Shown: positions 17,797-22,085 of the stretch, in pieces
How the letters are laid out: each line of letters starts with the position of its first letter
Numbering within the stretch: position 1 is the stretch's first letter
Origin: Fidelibacterota bacterium
GTDB taxonomy: Bacteria > Fidelibacterota > Marinisomatia > Marinisomatales > TCS56
Assembly: GCA_043822705.1 (NCBI GenBank)
Contig: JBDRBK010000011.1
Span: 1-22,085 of the forward strand
DNA: 22,085 nt
Direction: 5' to 3'
Made by a program: the position numbers and the translations under genes
Notes under the pieces: generated by a model
Seen by the model: the letters and a program-made list of their open reading frames with translations, nothing else
The model's database searches: none
Told to the model about the DNA's origin: nothing

Positions 17797-19067
17797 GTTT
17801 CCAGTTCCTTAAACAATTGCGATGTCTGGCGTTGATAGATACCGATGCCTGACAGGGCTGTTCCCAGTACCGTGGAAAACAGGCCGGGAAAGAAACCGAT
17901 ATAATAGGTCTCAGTCGTAACCGCCGCCCGGAAAACCGTCGGTACCATCATGTTGATATTTTTTAACAATGAACTGATATCCAGACCCTTAACCTGCAAC
18001 CAATATGCCGCTCCCAGCCCGAGCCCGGTGCCGATTATCGATCCGACCAATCCAATGACGACCGACTCATAGATCATCGAGCGGTACACATGACCTTTGT
18101 GCTCACCGATCGCCAAACGAATTCCGACTTCACCGTAGCGCCGCAAGCCGCCAAGTAATCCGGCATTCCACAGCACGATTGACATGACCAGGACAAAAAT
18201 GAATACGATTATTCCCGACATGCTGGATCCCATTTCGAGGTATCCTCCCAGGCCGCTCAGCTCTTTCATCGTTCCCATCACCGGCGCATACTCATCAGCG
18301 TCCATGCTGTAAGTGGCATTGAACCGGTTTACAATCTCAATACAAGCCAAGTCATCGTAAATCCGGTTCGGCAGATAGCCCAGGATTTCACCGGCGGAAT
18401 TATCCATATCCAGCGCCTTCTGAACATCGCCAACATCAACAATCATGGCACCACGGTCCATCATTATAATGCCAAAACGGACAGTACCGACAACGGTGAA
18501 ATTATGCATTATCATACTGCCGTACATGCTGGAGCTGAGCAGGGTGGCGCTTTCGCCCAGTGCCACTTCCAGTTTTTTCGCCAAATCATCGCTGATCAGA
18601 ATTTCTCCGGGTCGTTCCGGCATCCGGCCAGTAACTACTGACTTGGCGATATTTAAAGTGTTAATTTCCGTGCTGCCGGGCGACAGCAGGTCCACACCCA
18701 TTCCAAATACCGGACATTGGGAGTAAGTCTCACCCCGTTCATCGGGAATATCCAGCAGACCACCGAATTGAATCCGGGTAACCCAGGTCATGTCGGGATA
18801 TTCTTCATGCAATCCCGTCAGGATTTCATCGATGCCGGTTAGGGCCAGATCATTGGGCACTTGGTCGGCGTTGTCAGCATAGGCCCGACTCATGATCTTG
18901 ACATGTCCACTGGAAAAACGGGCATTGTAATCGATCATATCGGAAAATACGCCGTTGATGTAAGCCTGCATGAAAACCGTGATCCAAACTCCGATTGTAA
19001 CGATGAGAATAGGGAACAGGCTGCGGTGATGGTCCCGCAGTAGACCGGTAATTAAAAAACGAATCAT
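17793..19067 (-). CDS. ABC transporter permease (LolC/E, MacB/FtsX family)
   Basis: One N-terminal TM, large periplasmic domain, three C-terminal TMs; RRYGEVGIRLAIG motif; ATGA overlaps on both sides. Confidence 0.92.
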   Translation of the reverse strand: MIRFLITGLLRDHHRSLFPILIVTIGVWITVFMQAYINGVFSDMIDYNARFSSGHVKIMSRAYADNADQVPNDLALTGIDEILTGLHEEYPDMTWVTRIQFGGLLDIPDERGETYSQCPVFGMGVDLLSPGSTEINTLNIAKSVVTGRMPERPGEILISDDLAKKLEVALGESATLLSSSMYGSMIMHNFTVVGTVRFGIIMMDRGAMIVDVGDVQKALDMDNSAGEILGYLPNRIYDDLACIEIVNRFNATYSMDADEYAPVMGTMKELSGLGGYLEMGSSMSGIIVFIFVLVMSIVLWNAGLLGGLRRYGEVGIRLAIGEHKGHVYRSMIYESVVIGLVGSIIGTGLGLGAAYWLQVKGLDISSLLKNINMMVPTVFRAAVTTETYYIGFFPGLFSTVLGTALSGIGIYQRQTSQLFKELET

Positions 19068-20236
19068 TGTATTTTCCCCTTAATGGCATCAGTCGGATTC
19101 ATCCGTGATATTCGCCGCGCCGGAATATAGCTGACTATGGTCGTAGTGATCAGCACAATCAGGGTGGTTCCAAGTACCAGGCCGATACTGTAGGCCGGAT
19201 AAATTGTTTCGGCAATCGTCATACCGAAATCATCGGTGCCGGCCGGCATCGTCCAGCCAACCGAGGCCTGGTAGGCCAGCAGTGGAATGCCATAAACAGC
19301 GGCCAGAACAGCCGCCAGGATTGAATGCATGGCCCCTTCCACTGTGAACAATGCAACCACCTGCCGCTGGGTCATACCCAAAGCGATATGGGTGCCGATC
19401 TCTTTCTGACGACGGAAAATCGACAGTACCTGAGTATCGAATATTGCCAACATCGCCAGTGACATGAGTATTACAAAAAAGACCGAACCACCGATCGATT
19501 TCATTTCAATCATTTCCCTGATCTCCGACAGCAGAAAATAATGATCCTTGAAATCCCATCCGACGATGCTGCCGATGAAGCCGGTTTCCCGAGCAGTCAC
19601 CAAAATCGTCGCTTCATCCGGCAATTGCACCATTTCTCGGTGTTTTTCCAGTGGTATCCACAGCACACCCAGATCCTGTTTTGGTACATTGGTTTTAAAA
19701 ATATGCACGATCCGGACTTCATTGGCATCAAAAGTACCAAAGACGTCACGCCAGCGTACCGTAACATAATCGCCGACCTTGAGCTTATTGTTATCGGCTG
19801 TACGTTCTCCGATAATGGCTGGTATTTCACCGTTTTCATCCGTCAGATAGGTCGTCGGCAATTCGATGATTTTCTGCCCCGGATCGACTCCCCGTAATGA
19901 AATGCTCTGGATTCTCCCTCCCGGATACATACTGGCTTGACTGATAAGGATCGGTGTCAACTGTCCCTGTTCCACAGCTTTCTTGGTGGCATCCGACAAA
20001 CGGGCATGACTGTCTTCGATGGTGAACGGATCGTAAGGATCGTAGTTTTCCTGCCAATACTGGCCGCCCCCGATTTCCCAGTTAATGGTGTCTCGTCGTG
20101 CCTGCTGATCCCAGCCGTTTAATATACCCTTGTTCCAAATGATAACTACAAAAGCCAACGACAGCACGATCACATTAAGCCAGGTGCGCAGCTTGGCACC
20201 CATCAGATTGCGGTACGCTAATTTTAGTGCAAGCAT
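19064..20236 (-). CDS. ABC transporter permease (LolC/E, MacB/FtsX family)
   Basis: LAYRNL, RRQKEIGTHIALGM, SYIPARRISRMNPTDAI; SD GGAGG. Confidence 0.93.
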   Translation of the reverse strand: MLALKLAYRNLMGAKLRTWLNVIVLSLAFVVIIWNKGILNGWDQQARRDTINWEIGGGQYWQENYDPYDPFTIEDSHARLSDATKKAVEQGQLTPILISQASMYPGGRIQSISLRGVDPGQKIIELPTTYLTDENGEIPAIIGERTADNNKLKVGDYVTVRWRDVFGTFDANEVRIVHIFKTNVPKQDLGVLWIPLEKHREMVQLPDEATILVTARETGFIGSIVGWDFKDHYFLLSEIREMIEMKSIGGSVFFVILMSLAMLAIFDTQVLSIFRRQKEIGTHIALGMTQRQVVALFTVEGAMHSILAAVLAAVYGIPLLAYQASVGWTMPAGTDDFGMTIAETIYPAYSIGLVLGTTLIVLITTTIVSYIPARRISRMNPTDAIKGKIQ

Positions 20237-20272
20237 GTTAACCTCCAGAAATTTTGTTCATGATTAAAAATT

Positions 20273-20312
20273 TTAAGGTTGAGGTTGAGGCTGAGGCTGA
20301 GGTGAAGACTGA
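20273..20312. repeat. Left inverted repeat and hexamer array TTAA-(GGTTGA)2(GGCTGA)2 plus two degenerate units
   Basis: Read directly: ttaa ggttga ggttga ggctga ggctga ggtgaa gactga. Encodes the PQPQPQPQP tail and the stop of the four helix bundle gene. Confidence 0.9.
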
Positions 20313-20668
20313 GATTCCAGGGTCTTGATGATGGCATTCAATTCCTTAATAATACTCTTGCTTTGATTTATCAGATTAGCTTTCGCTTGTTCCGGTAAAT
20401 AGGACAACGCCGCGCTGACCAGAATCTGGCTCATTAACTCATAAGCGCTTCCCCGCGATATCTTGTAGAAACGCGTTTTATCTCTTGGTTCAAACCGGCC
20501 AAAACCTTCGGCTATGTTGTGAGTAATCGAATTGGCCGATCTGCGCATGTCGGAAACCAGCCCAAATCGTTCAGTAGACGGAAATGCTTTGGTGGTTGAA
20601 TAAATCTGCAACAACAGGTCGAGGGCCAATTGCCAAACCGGCATTTCGGTGAAATCAGTGTAACTCAT
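20273..20668 (-). CDS. Four helix bundle protein (23S rRNA IVS protein / Avd-like, TIGR02436-type)
   Basis: FTEMPVWQLA, FPSTERFGLVSDMRRSANSITHNIAEGFGR, FYKISRGSAYEL: the characteristic family motifs; SD GAGGT. Confidence 0.93.
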   Translation of the reverse strand: MSYTDFTEMPVWQLALDLLLQIYSTTKAFPSTERFGLVSDMRRSANSITHNIAEGFGRFEPRDKTRFYKISRGSAYELMSQILVSAALSYLPEQAKANLINQSKSIIKELNAIIKTLESQSSPQPQPQPQP

Positions 20669-20677
20669 TGCTATCTA

Positions 20678-20695
20678 CCTCAACCTCAGCCTTAA
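20678..20695. repeat. Right inverted repeat CCTCAACCTCAGCCTTAA
   Basis: Its reverse complement TTAAGGCTGAGGTTGAGG matches 20273-20290 (TTAAGGTTGAGGTTGAGG) at 17 of 18 positions. Confidence 0.9.
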
Positions 20696-21390
20696 TTCCC
20701 AACCACCTCATCACCGACCACTTTTCCATCTTCCAAACTGATCTTGCGTTTCAGGTACTGGATCACCTTTTCGTCATGGGTGGCAAAAATAAAAGTGGTG
20801 TTCAGATCCCGGTTCAGTTTTTCCATCGTCTGCAGGATATTATGCGAATTCTTGGCATCCAGGTTAGCAGTCGGTTCATCCGCCAGTACGATTTTAGGTT
20901 GTTTGACCATGGCACGGGCGATCGACACCCGCTGGCATTCACCGCCGGAGAGTTGTGCCGGGCGGGATTTCACTTTGTCCAGCAGTCCCACCCATTCCAG
21001 AGATTGCATCACCAGCTTTTTGCGCTCCGGTGCCGACATCTTCAGCAGCAACAGCGGCAATTCCACGTTTTCAAAAACCGTATAAACCGGTAACAAATTA
21101 TAAGTCTGGAAAATGAATCCCAGATGCTGATTACGCAGGTCAGCCGATTGCTTGGTTGATAGATTTCTGACCGAATAATCCAGGACTATCGCCTCGCCTT
21201 CAGTCGGCACATCCAGTGATCCGATTATATTCAGCAGGGTGGTCTTCCCCGATCCACTGGGACCGACAAGACCGGCGAATTCACCTTTTACGAATTTGAG
21301 GTTAATATTATTCAGCGCCGTGAATTCCCTTTTGCCCATGGGGAATTTTTTTACCAGGTCGGTGATTGTGATCAGAGCCGAGTTGTTCAT
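20692..21390 (-). CDS. ABC transporter ATP-binding protein (LolD/MacB-type)
   Basis: GPSGSGKTT Walker A, GFIFQ, LSGGECQRV signature, VLADEPTANLD, FATHD. Confidence 0.97.
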   Translation of the reverse strand: MNNSALITITDLVKKFPMGKREFTALNNINLKFVKGEFAGLVGPSGSGKTTLLNIIGSLDVPTEGEAIVLDYSVRNLSTKQSADLRNQHLGFIFQTYNLLPVYTVFENVELPLLLLKMSAPERKKLVMQSLEWVGLLDKVKSRPAQLSGGECQRVSIARAMVKQPKIVLADEPTANLDAKNSHNILQTMEKLNRDLNTTFIFATHDEKVIQYLKRKISLEDGKVVGDEVVGN

Positions 21391-21413
21391 GATACTTCCT
21401 TTACTTGAAATTC

Positions 21414-22085
21414 TTAATGGTTGAATACCAGATTTAGTTGTAACCCCATAGTCCCCACTGTACCCATTGTCGGGTTTAGGAAAAAAGATTCCGCACCTTT
21501 TAATAAATAGGCACCGACCTGAATCAGCCAGTTGTCCCAGGTACGCTGCCAGCTATAGTAATTATAAAACAGATCCCCATCAGGATAGTAAATGCTGATC
21601 AATGAGAGATTATCCATGATACTTACCGGGTAGGTACCCATCACACCAAACATACCGGTTTGATCGTCATTCCCTAAAATAACCTCACTGTAGTCAACAA
21701 GAAAATACTCCCCAGTGACCGTAATTCCATTACCTATTCCAAATGTATAATCTGTACCGAGGGTCAATTGAGACAGCCAATCATAATCGTCGAACGATTC
21801 TGTGTTTGTCAATCCCATTTCAAACCACAAACCAACACCAATATCCCAGGTACCATCGATTCCAAAATTTTTCTTAAACACTTGTTCGCTCGACTGGTTA
21901 TAAGCAAAAGCTAATTCACCGGGTCCCAAGGGAATAACAAGTCGGCCCCCGTACTGGGGATGTTGTTCTACATCGTCGATTAATTGGTCAAACTCGAACT
22001 TATCGTAGACACCCCACAACCAGATTCCGGCATTGCTTGCGCAATCATAACGTAATCGCAAACCAGATACACCGGCAGTGTACTG
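21414..22085 (-). CDS. Outer-membrane beta-barrel-like hypothetical protein, 3' part (5' end outside the window)
   Basis: Frame is open to the window edge (QYTAGVSGLRLRYD...); aromatic-rich alternating strands ending LQLNLVFNH; sits upstream of the ABC ATPase. Confidence 0.7.
   Translation of the reverse strand, partial: QYTAGVSGLRLRYDCASNAGIWLWGVYDKFEFDQLIDDVEQHPQYGGRLVIPLGPGELAFAYNQSSEQVFKKNFGIDGTWDIGVGLWFEMGLTNTESFDDYDWLSQLTLGTDYTFGIGNGITVTGEYFLVDYSEVILGNDDQTGMFGVMGTYPVSIMDNLSLISIYYPDGDLFYNYYSWQRTWDNWLIQVGAYLLKGAESFFLNPTMGTVGTMGLQLNLVFNH

Larger units (their letters stand above)
20273..20695 (-). mobile_element. Candidate inverted-repeat-bounded cassette carrying the four helix bundle gene
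   Basis: Single ORF tightly bounded by inverted repeats ending in TTAA, interrupting an ATPase-permease junction. Mobility is inferred; no transposase is present. Confidence 0.45.

Noticed and set aside
20277..20312. CRISPR array
   Set aside because: Six-bp tandem units without spacers, and no cas genes.
20273..20668. Diversity-generating retroelement, suggested by the Avd-like fold
   Set aside because: No reverse transcriptase and no template/variable repeat pair seen in the window.
20273..20668. 23S rRNA fragment around the IVS-type protein
   Set aside because: Both flanks are intact ABC transporter genes; no rRNA sequence is present.
20668..21093. 141-aa plus-strand ORF beginning at the right repeat
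   Set aside because: Antisense shadow of the ABC ATPase; its STSTSA start is just the hexamer repeat read on the other strand.

Overview
Bacterial chromosomal window, probably from an FCB-superphylum lineage such as Marinimicrobia (inferred from the PorV/PorQ-like gene, the TrmD CGHYKG variant and the long S16 tail; not verified). The left 12.5 kb is a minus-strand housekeeping run: ffh-rpsP-khpA-rimM-trmD-rplS, a terminator, an MFS transporter, then selA-selB-mutS-PorV/PorQ-like gene and the 5' end of a YicC-family gene. The middle holds a secreted YggN/DUF2884-like gene, an M55 D-aminopeptidase and two tandem esterase-TPR paralogues. The right end is a minus-strand LolCDE/MacB-type ABC module (partial outer-membrane protein, ATPase, two permeases, LolA-like protein). 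The most notable element is a 415-bp cassette between the ATPase and the first permease. It carries a four-helix-bundle (23S IVS protein/Avd-like) gene bounded by 18-bp inverted repeats made of GG(T/C)TGA hexamers, each ending in a TTAA that supplies a stop codon. On the mRNA the flanks could form a stem of about 30 bp around the ORF, resembling an rRNA intervening sequence placed in a protein-coding operon. No tRNA, rRNA, CRISPR array, transposase, integrase or reverse transcriptase was seen.
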